A stretch of 64,000 nt of DNA from an uncultured Candidatus Saccharibacteria bacterium (GCA_964356795.1 CAYHIK010000004.1:2743-66742); one strand, 5' to 3'. Counted from the first letter of the stretch, positions 48,363 to 58,765 are shown. Numbers and translations: made by a program. The notes: a model not told the origin generated them from the letters alone.

Positions 48363-51300
48363 TCACGCTCGGTCGCCGGATAGGCGCTCGGCTAGCTGTG
48401 ATGCGAGAGAACCACGTTCATCGTCCGATTCGATATAATCACTCATATTCTCGAGACAGTTTCGGAGAAGCTGTGGATGCTCATGAAGTAACTGGGAGAA
48501 GTCTCGCTTACGAATAAAGAGCATGCTCACCTCATTATTCGCGATGACACTACAGACGGCACCCTGACCTGTGATTATGGACCGCTCTCCAAATAGACCG
48601 CGCTCCAATGGTTTGTCATATAATTCCAAGGGACTCACCCGCATATCGGCAATATCCTGACGAAGAGTAACGGAACCACGCACAAGCAGAAATACTCCCG
48701 CGGTCTGCTGGCCTTGTTGAATAATCGACTCGCCCGAAGTAAACGCAACGGGTACTGCCTTATCGGCGAGAAATAGACGCACCTCCTCGGGATTAATCTC
48801 CCGAAAGATACCCAATCCACGCACACGATCAAAAACACCGGTCGTTCGTTGGAGGAGAATACTCCTGATGATATTTTCCATCCTCGGATACATCGAAGAG
48901 AGTTCTTGCAAATTATCCCGAGTAATTCGAAGCAATCTGGCAGGGGTTTCTGTAGCCACGGTTGCCGTCCGCTTGTGTCCCGCCTCCAATACGCTCGCCT
49001 CCCCGAGAATGGCGCCCCTGTTGCTGATTTTATTGATGACACGGCCATCAACCACTACCCTGCATGTACCCTGCACAAGTATATAGAGTGCGTCGGCGTT
49101 CTGACCTTGCGTCATCACCTCTTTCCCCTGCTCAACATCAACCGTGGTGAGAAGTTTCGCTATCGTTCGAAGCCTTGCTTTCGATGGACGCAAGTACCTA
49201 AAGAGTGGCACCTCTGCATACCGGAACTCCCTACCAGTCGGGTAGCGAGGCAGTTGGCAGAGCTGATCAATCTCCACCTCCAGCGTCTCGGCGTCAATCT
49301 TGCCAGACCGATACTCTTCGACCCAATAGCGTAATTTTCCGTTAAGCTCTGACATCGTCGGAAAGTTCTGATTCGCGGCAATCAGTCGATCGCACCAATA
49401 ATCCTTTGGTGGCAACATCCCTTGTGCATCAATGCTATCAAGGAAGGAGAAGAGTTGCAGGACGAACGCTTCGGCATCCATAGTAAATGCCGGCAACCCC
49501 TCTCTATCGACGACCGCATGATCTCTGATGAAGTACTCGCCCTGATTGACCTCGCCCTTAGACGTGAGTTGTGGCTCATAATGAATATGCGCACGAGCCG
49601 AAGCAAACGCCTTCTTTCTCTTGAGGATGCTCATTGCCTTCAGTATTCGCGCCGGGGTGTGTAAGAGTTTCGAGAGTCGTCGGAATAGGGCGGACATATC
49701 TACCAAAGCCGGATCGTCATCATCGGATATTTCATCGTATAGATTCATTGAAACCCTCTTGGGACTAATCTTTTTAGAGAGCGATTCGAACTGATTGGTA
49801 AGCGATAGGACCACCTCTCCTTGGCGCGCCATCAACTGCTCGATATATACCTCTTCGATGCCCAGTAATTCGAGCAATAAACAGGACAAGTGCGTGCGTC
49901 GGAGAATAGAGAATTTTTCACTAAGTCCAGCAGCTGAAATCTTCTTCACAGTCGCAAGCTGTTCGAGCACATTCAGAAAACCAAAGCCCTCATATCCAAA
50001 GTAATTATGATAGTACTTTGTTGAGGTCGTGTTGTACGGCCCTCGGTACGGGACAAACGAAACCGTCTCGAGATCAATCATGCGCCCGTCCAACGAGTAG
50101 TTTCCAGTCGACCAAGCCCCTAACATAAATCGATAGGCAAAAAATTGAGCATCAAGCTTTGCATACGCAGCAACCACCGTATCGAAATCGATATTGATAG
50201 TAGGATCAAACTCAACGTGACTCGGCCTGTCCAGCGCGCCATCGTCAGCGCGAACGAGGAGCGAGAGCGGGACGGGGTACGGATTCCATTTGAATTCTTC
50301 TTGAGCCTTCAATGCAATAACAACGGGATGCTCGACAACGCTCTTGGTGAAATGGCCAATCCATCGCGACAGAATCAATCTCCGCAGAGATCCGATGAGC
50401 TCCATCTTACCAGTGCTATGACTGGGGGTGGCGCTGGTACACAGCGTCGTCTTGCCCACGCCCATCACGTTAAACTTCTTACCGTAGTAGACGGCACGGC
50501 CAGACCCCTGGTTTCCGCTGAGCCCGATGTTTGTCATGTCCTGCTGGCGATCGGCGTATGTATTGATTGACACGTCTGCTGATGCAGAGTCCGCAAGAAC
50601 AACGGCAAAACGAGATGCATGCGCGTGCGCATCACCCGAATACCCCATCCGTTCAAAGTACTCGCGATCGGCATATACCACCTCGTACTCCTCGGGCTCC
50701 AGCCTTCGTGTATGCTGGCGGACAAACACCCGCTCTCCAAGCCTCTGTACCGCACTGGGTTGCGCAGTAAGATCCGTACCCAAGTCAATATATGGCATCA
50801 TCGCAATAATCCACCACGCAGGATCACCCTTCTGTCCAAATGATCGCTCTTGGTATTGATCGCGCAGGTAGCTGTCGTAGTAATCACGGAGTAGCTCAAC
50901 AATGATAAACCCGCTGTTTTGTCGTTTTGATAGCTTCTTCAGTGTAAGCTTTCGGCTCGGATACTGACTAGCGATGAACAATGTTGGTTTTAGTTCGCGT
51001 ATGAAATCTTTCCAGATGACAAGTGTTGCCAAAATGCTGTGCACATAATCGCGGTCGCTAATACTGTCGTACACTTGGCGAATGCGCTCCGACAAGCCTG
51101 TCCCGTCACCATGTTCCTGCGTAAAAAAAGTTGGATCTTTTCCCTGCATAGCCAACGCGATAGCCATATCGTCGAATGGATGATTTGCGAGCAGCGCATC
51201 AACCCGAGGGGGAAGGTCCGTACCAATACGAACATCCTGAAGTAATTTCGTCACACTCCGGATGGTTGCCTTGGGCAAAATACGCTCATAGAGCGCTTTT

Positions 51301-51503
51301 GTATGCTGGGCGGCGAGAGCGTCCGGCTCAATAAGAATAACCGTCCCCTTGAAACCAATCATTGCCAACGCGTCTCCTATCTTTTTCTCATACCCAGGCG
51401 CGACTTCAACAACAACCCCGTCGAGCGGAATCGGGTTCTTCTCTAGGAGACTCCTCCAGATGTATGAAACCGGTTTTACTGGTGACAGAGTTTCATGCGC
51501 CAT
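48363..51503 (-). CDS. Methyltransferase-like + SelO-like + two cNMP-binding domain fusion
   Basis: VEVAPG/ILIEPD/NHPF; GNQGSGRA, GAWSTGNYSLDGRMIDLE; LGE..RTAT and FGE cNMP motifs. Confidence 0.72.
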   Translation of the reverse strand: MAHETLSPVKPVSYIWRSLLEKNPIPLDGVVVEVAPGYEKKIGDALAMIGFKGTVILIEPDALAAQHTKALYERILPKATIRSVTKLLQDVRIGTDLPPRVDALLANHPFDDMAIALAMQGKDPTFFTQEHGDGTGLSERIRQVYDSISDRDYVHSILATLVIWKDFIRELKPTLFIASQYPSRKLTLKKLSKRQNSGFIIVELLRDYYDSYLRDQYQERSFGQKGDPAWWIIAMMPYIDLGTDLTAQPSAVQRLGERVFVRQHTRRLEPEEYEVVYADREYFERMGYSGDAHAHASRFAVVLADSASADVSINTYADRQQDMTNIGLSGNQGSGRAVYYGKKFNVMGVGKTTLCTSATPSHSTGKMELIGSLRRLILSRWIGHFTKSVVEHPVVIALKAQEEFKWNPYPVPLSLLVRADDGALDRPSHVEFDPTINIDFDTVVAAYAKLDAQFFAYRFMLGAWSTGNYSLDGRMIDLETVSFVPYRGPYNTTSTKYYHNYFGYEGFGFLNVLEQLATVKKISAAGLSEKFSILRRTHLSCLLLELLGIEEVYIEQLMARQGEVVLSLTNQFESLSKKISPKRVSMNLYDEISDDDDPALVDMSALFRRLSKLLHTPARILKAMSILKRKKAFASARAHIHYEPQLTSKGEVNQGEYFIRDHAVVDREGLPAFTMDAEAFVLQLFSFLDSIDAQGMLPPKDYWCDRLIAANQNFPTMSELNGKLRYWVEEYRSGKIDAETLEVEIDQLCQLPRYPTGREFRYAEVPLFRYLRPSKARLRTIAKLLTTVDVEQGKEVMTQGQNADALYILVQGTCRVVVDGRVINKISNRGAILGEASVLEAGHKRTATVATETPARLLRITRDNLQELSSMYPRMENIIRSILLQRTTGVFDRVRGLGIFREINPEEVRLFLADKAVPVAFTSGESIIQQGQQTAGVFLLVRGSVTLRQDIADMRVSPLELYDKPLERGLFGERSIITGQGAVCSVIANNEVSMLFIRKRDFSQLLHEHPQLLRNCLENMSDYIESDDERGSLASQLAERLSGDRA

Positions 51504-51668
51504 ATGTCACAACAAAAAATCTAGCATCCACGACTTCTACTGAAAAATACTAGCATAAACTGCGGAGATTTTCCTTGCTGGCCGCGTGGAACGTAGAGGG
51601 AATGAATTCTTCCTGTCAGAAAAAAGAAAAGCGGCCATTGCTGGTCGCTTTCTGCACGAAGGCACTCC

Positions 51669-52037
51669 TTACAGAGGACCACCGGATTCGCGCAGGAATT
51701 CACTCATGAATTCACTCACGCCCTTCGCCCGACGCGCCTGACGCTTGCGTTCGTCGCGTGCCATCTCCTCGTCTGCGAGAGCGGACTTCGGGTAGGGGCC
51801 GATGTTCTTCCTGATGCATCCATCCACCGCCCGTGTCCAATCGCGAAGGATGAGGACGGGATTGGAATCCGAGCGCACACAGACAGTCACGCCGTTGAAC
51901 AGGAATCTGACGGTGCGACTCTTCTTACGCTTCGGCCGCTGCGCCGAAAGCACGATTGCTTCAGCGATGACCTCATGGATGAAGAAGCCACATTTGACAT
52001 CAAAGATGCCATGCTTTTCTCGCACCAAACTTCCCAT
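51669..52037 (-). CDS. Hypothetical protein (short paralog of 60915-61661)
   Basis: IAEAI.LSA, FNGVTV.VR.DSNP.LI.RDW.RA. Confidence 0.7.
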   Translation of the reverse strand: MGSLVREKHGIFDVKCGFFIHEVIAEAIVLSAQRPKRKKSRTVRFLFNGVTVCVRSDSNPVLILRDWTRAVDGCIRKNIGPYPKSALADEEMARDERKRQARRAKGVSEFMSEFLRESGGPL

Positions 52038-52071
52038 GGTTCCGCTCCTTCTTCAGATTGAAACGTGCGAT

Positions 52072-52263
52072 CTACGAGGCAAACCGCTCCGCGTGCTGCT
52101 TGGCCATCTTCTTGGCATCCTGCTGGCACTTCTTCTTGTCACAGCACCGAATAGCCGAAGAGGCGTTCTTCTTTCTGTAGCAGGCCTCGTGGACGGCGAC
52201 ACCTCCGCAGAACAGGCAGTCATCCTTCTGATACGAAGACTTGGGCCGAATTTTTGGCTCCAT
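52072..52263 (-). CDS. Small Cys-rich (zinc-finger-like) protein
   Basis: CxxC...CCxxxxC; AAGGAG SD and promoter upstream. Confidence 0.6.
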   Translation of the reverse strand: MEPKIRPKSSYQKDDCLFCGGVAVHEACYRKKNASSAIRCCDKKKCQQDAKKMAKQHAERFAS

Positions 52264-52363
52264 CTCACACTCCTTCCCCAGACTTCGGGGTACTCTTAAT
52301 ATGCCATATTAATATGGCATATGTCAAGTCTACGGGCGAAGCAGAGAAGACCTGCGGAACGGA

Positions 52364-52812
52364 TTAATTGCCGGGCAGTGCGGTTGGGATGGGTCTCATC
52401 TGAATTGACTGCGCTGTTACGCTACCGTCGGAATTTGTGCTCCCCGTGGCCGTGACCGTTTCGCCTATGTTGAGATCAGCTAGTGAGCCCCTCGTGAACT
52501 TTCCAATCTCGGTTGTGCTGGAATAGAATACAATCTTCGACCCACCACTGCGCATCTTAATGGTGATGCTGGTGTCATCCTTGGAGATAATCTCCCCCGA
52601 AACAAGCCCAGCGCCTGCGCCACCGAGTCGCTGACCATCTCCGCCCCTCAATCCAGCGCCCGCATTTGCGGTGAACTGTTGCCGTTGCTCTGGCGTCATG
52701 TTGGCAAAATCCGCTCGACTCGAACTACGTCCTTGGGCATCATGCCTCCGTAGAATGCGCCACTCCCGACAACCACCGCAACCGTCACCGCTACTGATAA
52801 AAGTTTGTTCAT
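52364..52812 (-). pseudogene. Frameshifted exported protein (DUF5666-like) of the efflux operon
   Basis: Signal peptide MNKLLSV...FYGGM is out of frame with the body ...AQGRSSSRADFANMTPEQ; shift near 52741. Confidence 0.7.
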
Positions 52813-52822
52813 ACTTTTTTTA

Positions 52823-54046
52823 TTATTCGAAACGCAACGCTTCTATGGGATTTAATTTGGACGCCCTGCTGGCAGGGTAGTAGCCAAATACAATACCAAT
52901 AGCAGCTGAAACGCCGAACGCTAATACAATTGAATACAGGGAAACCGAAGTTGCGATGCCCCCAAAATGCGAAACCAATAAACTCACAGCCCACCCGAGC
53001 GCAATTCCCATGACACCTCCGGAGAAAGTCAGCAACACGGCCTCAGCCAAAAACTGGCGATTGATATCTTTACGCTTTGCTCCGATTGCTTTGCGCAAGC
53101 CAATCTCTCGGGTTCTTTCGGTGACGGTGGTGAGCATCATATTCATGATACCAATACCACCCACCACGAGCGAAATACCCGCAACCGCAGCCAAGAGAAT
53201 AGTGAACGTGTCGGTGACCGAAGAAGCCGTCGCTACAATATCTGCCTGGTTGAGCGTGCTGAAGTCCGCCTGCTGGGGATCTGATATGTTATGCCGTTGA
53301 AGCAGGAGTCCGGTAATTTGAGCCTGCAAGTCCGTCATAGAATTCTGGTCAGCTGCCTGAACGCTAATCTGGCTTACCGATGTATTTCCCGCGAGAAATC
53401 GCTGCGCGGTAGCGAGTGGGATGTACACCGAATTATCTGGATTGTTAAATCCACTCCCTCCCTTGGATTTGGTGACCCCAATCACCTTGAACGTAATCGA
53501 GCGGATACGAATCGACTGCCCGATGGGGCTCACCCCTTCACCAAAGAGGTCATCTCTGACCGTTGACCCAAGCACCACCACCTTTGCCAAGCTTCGCGTA
53601 TGTTGATCGCTGATAAATGACCCGTCTTCGATTTCAATATTCCGCACCGTGGAATAATCAGACACCGTTCCAATCACCTGCGTATTGGTATTTGTGCCCC
53701 GAGCGGTGAGTTGGTATCGGCCAGTGAGCTCCGGAGCAACTGCAGCTGCCAAATCTATATCGGTTTTCAGTGCATCGGCATCTTCTTGAGTAAGCGTCTG
53801 CGCACTCCCCCGACCAGCATTCACCTGAATACCGACGCCTCGTTGAGCGCCCGGCATCACAATCACCAAATTAGAACCCAACGATTGGATACTCGCCTCG
53901 ATGGTACCCTTCGCTCCCTGACCAATCGAAATCATGGCGATTACCGAACCAATACCGATAACGATGCCAAGCACCGTAAGGCCGGATCTGGCCTTATTCA
54001 CCAGCAAGGCCGAATATGTTTCTTCAAATAAATCGGAAATAATCAT
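52823..54046 (-). CDS. MacB/FtsX-like ABC transporter permease
   Basis: VGGIGIMN, ERTREIGLRKAIGA, PIEALRFE. Confidence 0.93.
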   Translation of the reverse strand: MIISDLFEETYSALLVNKARSGLTVLGIVIGIGSVIAMISIGQGAKGTIEASIQSLGSNLVIVMPGAQRGVGIQVNAGRGSAQTLTQEDADALKTDIDLAAAVAPELTGRYQLTARGTNTNTQVIGTVSDYSTVRNIEIEDGSFISDQHTRSLAKVVVLGSTVRDDLFGEGVSPIGQSIRIRSITFKVIGVTKSKGGSGFNNPDNSVYIPLATAQRFLAGNTSVSQISVQAADQNSMTDLQAQITGLLLQRHNISDPQQADFSTLNQADIVATASSVTDTFTILLAAVAGISLVVGGIGIMNMMLTTVTERTREIGLRKAIGAKRKDINRQFLAEAVLLTFSGGVMGIALGWAVSLLVSHFGGIATSVSLYSIVLAFGVSAAIGIVFGYYPASRASKLNPIEALRFE

Positions 54047-54750
54047 GATAAATTTGCGTGACGCTTATTTTTATTTTTCTTGTCCTCGACAATCAAACCA
54101 TCTTTGATGGTGATGATTCTATCGGCGTGCTCCGCTACCTCGCGCTCATGGGTAATGAGTACGATAGTTCTATGCTGTTTCTCATTCAGTGTCTGGAACG
54201 TATTGAGCACTATTTCTCCCGTTTTTGTATCCAGATTCCCCGTTGGCTCATCAGCTAAAATTAATGCTGGATTATTTACTAACGCTCGAGCGATGGCAAC
54301 ACGTTGAATTTGTCCTCCAGAAAGTTGATTTGATTGATGGTAAAAATGGGACTCATCCATGCCTGCGTTCAGGAGTGCAGCCCGAGCCTTTGCCTCGCGC
54401 TCTTCTTTGGGAATCCCCGCATACACCAATGGAAGCATAACGTTCCGTAGTACGGTAGCTCTTGGTAGCAAGTTGAATGACTGGAACACAAAGCCAAGCT
54501 TATCTTTTCTGGTGTCGGCCAGCTCATCATCGGTCAGATGGGAAACATCATGACCATCCAGCATGTACGTGCCACTTGAAGGAGTATCGAGTGCCCCAAT
54601 GATGTGCATCAGCGTTGATTTCCCCGAGCCAGAAGGGCCCATGATTGCCACGAACTCGCCAGCATTAATTCCAAAACTCACTCCCTTGAGTGCCGTGGTT
54701 TCCACGTCACCGCTTTTGTAGGTTTTGGAAATATTGTTGCACGCAATCAT
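54043..54750 (-). CDS. ABC transporter ATP-binding protein (LolD/MacB-like)
   Basis: GPSGSGKS, LSGGQ, ADEPTGNLD. Confidence 0.94.
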   Translation of the reverse strand: MIACNNISKTYKSGDVETTALKGVSFGINAGEFVAIMGPSGSGKSTLMHIIGALDTPSSGTYMLDGHDVSHLTDDELADTRKDKLGFVFQSFNLLPRATVLRNVMLPLVYAGIPKEEREAKARAALLNAGMDESHFYHQSNQLSGGQIQRVAIARALVNNPALILADEPTGNLDTKTGEIVLNTFQTLNEKQHRTIVLITHEREVAEHADRIITIKDGLIVEDKKNKNKRHANLS

Positions 54751-54760
54751 CGTGGGCGTA

Positions 54761-56491
54761 TTAACGAACCTGAAGTCCACCCCTTGATCCGCCTCCTGTT
54801 CCCCCGCCAACCGGAAACAAGCTATTTGTCTGAGTTGTAGCGCTTGAAGTGGTCACCGTTCGCACCACCACGATATCCCCCTCATTGAGACCACCCATGA
54901 CCTCGGATACAGAATCATTCACCAAGCCAACTTCAACTAGTTTGCGCTGAGGCGGAGTCCCCAAGGCAACTCCCGAAGCATTCATTGCGCTCGCCACTAG
55001 CTGACTCGCGGCCGCAACATCTCCCGGCATTTCAACGTACCTCGTTTCTCCAGAAGATTTCACTGCCGAATTTGGCACGAGCAACACGTCCTGCTTCGCG
55101 CCCGTAATGACCGCGGCGGATGCACTCATCCCGGGCTTCACCCGTTCGTCTTGGGTATCAAATCCGATACTTACTCCATAGGTAACAACACCCTGGCTTA
55201 CCGTTCCCAAGGGGTCCACCTCTACAACGTTCCCCGTAATCGTTAACTCCTCCACCGCATCAAACGTCAGCGTAACCTTCTGCCCAATCTTCACTTGGGC
55301 AATCTCGACTTCGTTGAGCGATATTTGCGCGATACTTTGCTTTGTGAGCAGCGTCGCAATCACAGTACTACCCGACACTGAATCTCCCGCCTTCATTTCT
55401 GATTTCGCGACAATACCAGCAAACGGAGCGCGAATGACGTAGTTCGCCAAGTTCGCTTGAGCATCTTGGAGCGCAGCCTTTCTTTGAGCGACGGTGTTCT
55501 CCTGACTTCTCATATCAATGGGATTCGTCAGTTGCGTATCATCAAGAGATCTCTGCGATGATTCGATAGCTCGTCGAGCATTCCCCAAGCTTGAAAGGAT
55601 GCTATTCAAGTTGCTCAACGCACTCCCGATACTGTTTTGATAAGTTGTCACCTGCTGAGGTATCCGAGCCGTATCGCCCTGCTTTGACGCTTCACTCTTC
55701 ATATTGCTCACGAGCGCATCGAGCATATTCTGTTCGCTTTTAACGGCCTGCGCTATGAGCTCGGTCGTTTTCTCGGTGGTCTTCAGGACTGCAGTGACTT
55801 CCTCGGGAGAAGCATCAAATCGTAGACTTCTGTAGGTCGTAAAGTTTGGATCAAACGCATCTTTGGCTATTTTGTAATCACTCTCGGATCGAGACGTGAG
55901 AGACCGAAGCTCGTCTCTAAAATCCTGACCGGCTAAATTGCCGTACTCGCACACATTACCGCAACCGCCCGCAGGAGATACCGTGTTGTCATACAACACG
56001 CCTCGCGCCAGCTCCACCACGTTGGGCAAATCAAGGAATGCGTCAGACACCTTATTGTATGCATCGCGATATGATTGCTCGAGACTTTCGACGGTGGTCT
56101 CGGAGCTCACCTGCTGATTGCGCTGCATTTTTTCCAAAGATATCTGCGCGCTCTCAAGACTTATCTGAGCATCTCGGACTGATCGCTGAGCTTCGCGCGC
56201 ATCCAGATAGGCAAGAATCTGACCTCGATAGACCTGTTGTCCGGTTTTAACGCCAACATAGGTAAGCGTCCCGGAAGCCTTCGGTTTTACATCAATCTGC
56301 TGGGAAGCTGCGACCTGACCACTGCCCGTAATTGAGCTGATAATAGTTCCCTTGGTAACAGTCGCTAAGACGTACGTTGCCTCCGCGGTACCGCCTCCAC
56401 GAAAAACAAAGTAGGAACCAAGAACAATCACTGAGAGCACAACGCCCGACACAATCTTCCGCCGTACCATTGTCTGAAGTATATAGTGCAT
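54761..56491 (-). CDS. Efflux membrane fusion (MacA/HlyD-like) adaptor
   Basis: TM, lipoyl halves, long coiled coil, IRAPFAG, PGMS. Confidence 0.88.
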   Translation of the reverse strand: MHYILQTMVRRKIVSGVVLSVIVLGSYFVFRGGGTAEATYVLATVTKGTIISSITGSGQVAASQQIDVKPKASGTLTYVGVKTGQQVYRGQILAYLDAREAQRSVRDAQISLESAQISLEKMQRNQQVSSETTVESLEQSYRDAYNKVSDAFLDLPNVVELARGVLYDNTVSPAGGCGNVCEYGNLAGQDFRDELRSLTSRSESDYKIAKDAFDPNFTTYRSLRFDASPEEVTAVLKTTEKTTELIAQAVKSEQNMLDALVSNMKSEASKQGDTARIPQQVTTYQNSIGSALSNLNSILSSLGNARRAIESSQRSLDDTQLTNPIDMRSQENTVAQRKAALQDAQANLANYVIRAPFAGIVAKSEMKAGDSVSGSTVIATLLTKQSIAQISLNEVEIAQVKIGQKVTLTFDAVEELTITGNVVEVDPLGTVSQGVVTYGVSIGFDTQDERVKPGMSASAAVITGAKQDVLLVPNSAVKSSGETRYVEMPGDVAAASQLVASAMNASGVALGTPPQRKLVEVGLVNDSVSEVMGGLNEGDIVVVRTVTTSSATTQTNSLFPVGGGTGGGSRGGLQVR

Positions 56492-56495
56492 AGAT

Positions 56496-57017
56496 TTATC
56501 TTTGCATGGGTACGCGAGCGGGCTCGCCTCGCTGAAGCGCGGGCGAAGCGGGCATCGGCATGACACGAATAAACTTTGCCTCAATCTGGCCCTGATCATT
56601 TGGCTCACCAATGACAACAATGGGCTCAGTCGGCTTCAAATCTGAGGCCTGAATAGCATCTCGAAATCGTCTAATATCAGTCTCACTCGTTACCGTAATT
56701 ATTTTTTCAATATTATCCTTACCACGAACCACCAATTCAGAATCAGCGATGCTGATAATCTGGCCAAAGGCGCCATGTCCACCAATGAAATCTCCTCCGC
56801 TAAAATCTTGATTCATATTGTTCATGAACCCCGCGCGAGGGCCTGCAAAATTTTTATGATAATTCTCACTCCATGCATATGAGAATCGCGCCTTTCGGTA
56901 GCCAGCTGCCATGCCAACGCTAAAGGTTCCGATTAATATCGCTAACCCGAAGAGTACGAGGATAAGAATCGTTACCTCTTTAGACCGAATAGACTTCATG
57001 ATGTTATTTGTATCCAT
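56496..57017 (-). CDS. Membrane-anchored hypothetical protein (OB-like C-terminus)
   Basis: TM then GQIISI...VIGEPNDQGQIEA. Confidence 0.7.
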   Translation of the reverse strand: MDTNNIMKSIRSKEVTILILVLFGLAILIGTFSVGMAAGYRKARFSYAWSENYHKNFAGPRAGFMNNMNQDFSGGDFIGGHGAFGQIISIADSELVVRGKDNIEKIITVTSETDIRRFRDAIQASDLKPTEPIVVIGEPNDQGQIEAKFIRVMPMPASPALQRGEPARVPMQR

Positions 57018-57414
57018 ATGTTTGTTTGTGTATTGATTTTGTAATCGCAAGGAATCGCTCCACGGATGCGGCGGCAAGCCTGATGCAGAGCAGGAGAAAT
57101 GCTATTGAGAACAACAATCCCGCAGCTATCATGCCCGGCATGGACTCGAACGTCGCGAATAGAAAACTTTGCCAGTATTTGATAACGATACTCGGATCAG
57201 AAAAGATGAGCGCTACAAACGGTCCAAAGCTAGACTCCGCCAGAACGTGTCGTACGCCTATGAATGCAAATATGGAAAGGACGCAAAATATCACCAAAAG
57301 AGTACTGAAAAACGTTAGATTCCCCCGCACCAATGCCAGCTCCTTTTCAAGCCCCAATCGTTGGATAATCCTTGAAAATAGGTCTTTCGGCTGATTATTG
57401 TTCTCGTCCTGCAT
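57004..57414 (-). CDS. Membrane protein, putative anti-sigma factor
   Basis: Directly downstream of the ECF sigma; TM helices. Confidence 0.6.
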   Translation of the reverse strand: MQDENNNQPKDLFSRIIQRLGLEKELALVRGNLTFFSTLLVIFCVLSIFAFIGVRHVLAESSFGPFVALIFSDPSIVIKYWQSFLFATFESMPGMIAAGLLFSIAFLLLCIRLAAASVERFLAITKSIHKQTYGYK

Positions 57415-57461
57415 ATATACTTATACGAATACGGGGTGCACTTTGGTGCACCCCGTATAAG

Positions 57462-58010
57462 CTAGACGAGTTTCTTGAGGAGGGCGATTGCGCGCCTATA
57501 TCTGCTCTTGATTGTATTGAGTGGCTCATGGAGCCGGGCAGAAATCTCCCTGAAATTTAGTTCACCCTGGGTGTAGAGCTCTACAACGGAGCGATAATTC
57601 TTCGGAAGTTGAGCAACTGCGGTTGCCAATTCGCGATATTGTTGTTGCGCGAATATCTGATCTACAACGGATGGCGCCGTGTCGATGAGCGACTCGCTAA
57701 AATCTTCCTCGCCCCCTAACGCCGAAAATGGCAGAGCTTGTTTCTTCTTGAGCTCATCAATAGCTGTTCGCTGGGCAATTGTGAAAATCCACGTTCGAAA
57801 AGATTTGGCCCGATCAAACTTGGTGAGGTTTTTCCAAACTTTAACAAACACCTCTTGTGTTATATCAGCGGCGACGCTTTGATTTCCGGTATATCGCTTC
57901 GTAAAACCGAATATGAGAGGCATATAGCGCCTCACGAGCTCTTCGAGAGCCTGCTCATGTTTTCCTTCTAGATACTGCCCAACCAGCTGTTCATCGGTAA
58001 AACTGTTCAT
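57462..58010 (-). CDS. ECF RNA polymerase sigma factor
   Basis: DITQEVF, FRTWIFTIA, NTIKSRYRRA. Confidence 0.92.
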   Translation of the reverse strand: MNSFTDEQLVGQYLEGKHEQALEELVRRYMPLIFGFTKRYTGNQSVAADITQEVFVKVWKNLTKFDRAKSFRTWIFTIAQRTAIDELKKKQALPFSALGGEEDFSESLIDTAPSVVDQIFAQQQYRELATAVAQLPKNYRSVVELYTQGELNFREISARLHEPLNTIKSRYRRAIALLKKLV

Positions 58011-58054
58011 ACGACAGCCATAGAGTAGCATAAAATACGGAAAATGACAGAGTT

Positions 58055-58084
58055 AGAAAAACCGCCCACATGGGCGGTTTTTCT
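58055..58084. terminator. Bidirectional terminator at the distal end of the array
   Basis: agaaaaaccgccc-acat-gggcggtttttct. Confidence 0.75.
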
Positions 58085-58088
58085 GTGT

Positions 58089-58151
58089 TAGCTGGGGCTC
58101 CTAGACGAAGTTAGAACTATACTACTGGGCGGAATGTCGTCGTTTGCATAC
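58089..58151 (-). repeat. att-like repeat R1
   Basis: 60/63 identical to 60798-60860; begins tagctg like the tRNA-Gln 3' end. Confidence 0.85.
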
Positions 58152-58162
58152 CATTTTGCATT

Positions 58163-58765
58163 CTAATCAGAAGCACTTTGCTTACACGAAAACTCCTCAA
58201 CTTCCGAGTTTCGTATCAAAATCGTCCGGTTGGTCGTAAAGCTGAGACCTTTGTTAGGTTGCGTTTCAAAACCTAGATAGATGCGCTCCACACCCTGACT
58301 GCGCAGTTCTCGTACTGCTGACTGAAGGTCGGAGTCGGAACTGGCAACGATTGCCATTGAGATTGCCTTCTGGCAAGCCAGAGTAATCATGTCAACGGCA
58401 ATACGAACATCTACACCCTTTTCCTTGAATGTGAGTGTCTCGTGGCCCTTGGGACACGTTTCCTTGTGTCCGCGAACATGGCCCGCAAGCACCACCTCAA
58501 ATCCCTGAGCCTCCAAATGTACCTTGAGCAAGCGCTGTTCTTCAATCAGTTCTTTGGACTTCTTTGTCGTCTCCTCGTGTACGGTCAGCTTCCCAAGATA
58601 AAATAGCTTCTTATCAACCGAGATACCGGCAAGCACCTTATTGAGGAGGCTGTTGAAGTCATATTCGGCAAAATCAACTTTCTTTTCTTTGACCCTTTCT
58701 GGGTTCAAAATGAAGCTCATTTTGCTCATCAGATTGCGACCATCAACAAAGAGAATGTTTGGCAT
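58163..58765 (-). CDS. NYN (PIN-like) domain protein
   Basis: FVDGRN, EKGVD, SSDSD. Confidence 0.88.
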   Translation of the reverse strand: MPNILFVDGRNLMSKMSFILNPERVKEKKVDFAEYDFNSLLNKVLAGISVDKKLFYLGKLTVHEETTKKSKELIEEQRLLKVHLEAQGFEVVLAGHVRGHKETCPKGHETLTFKEKGVDVRIAVDMITLACQKAISMAIVASSDSDLQSAVRELRSQGVERIYLGFETQPNKGLSFTTNRTILIRNSEVEEFSCKQSASD

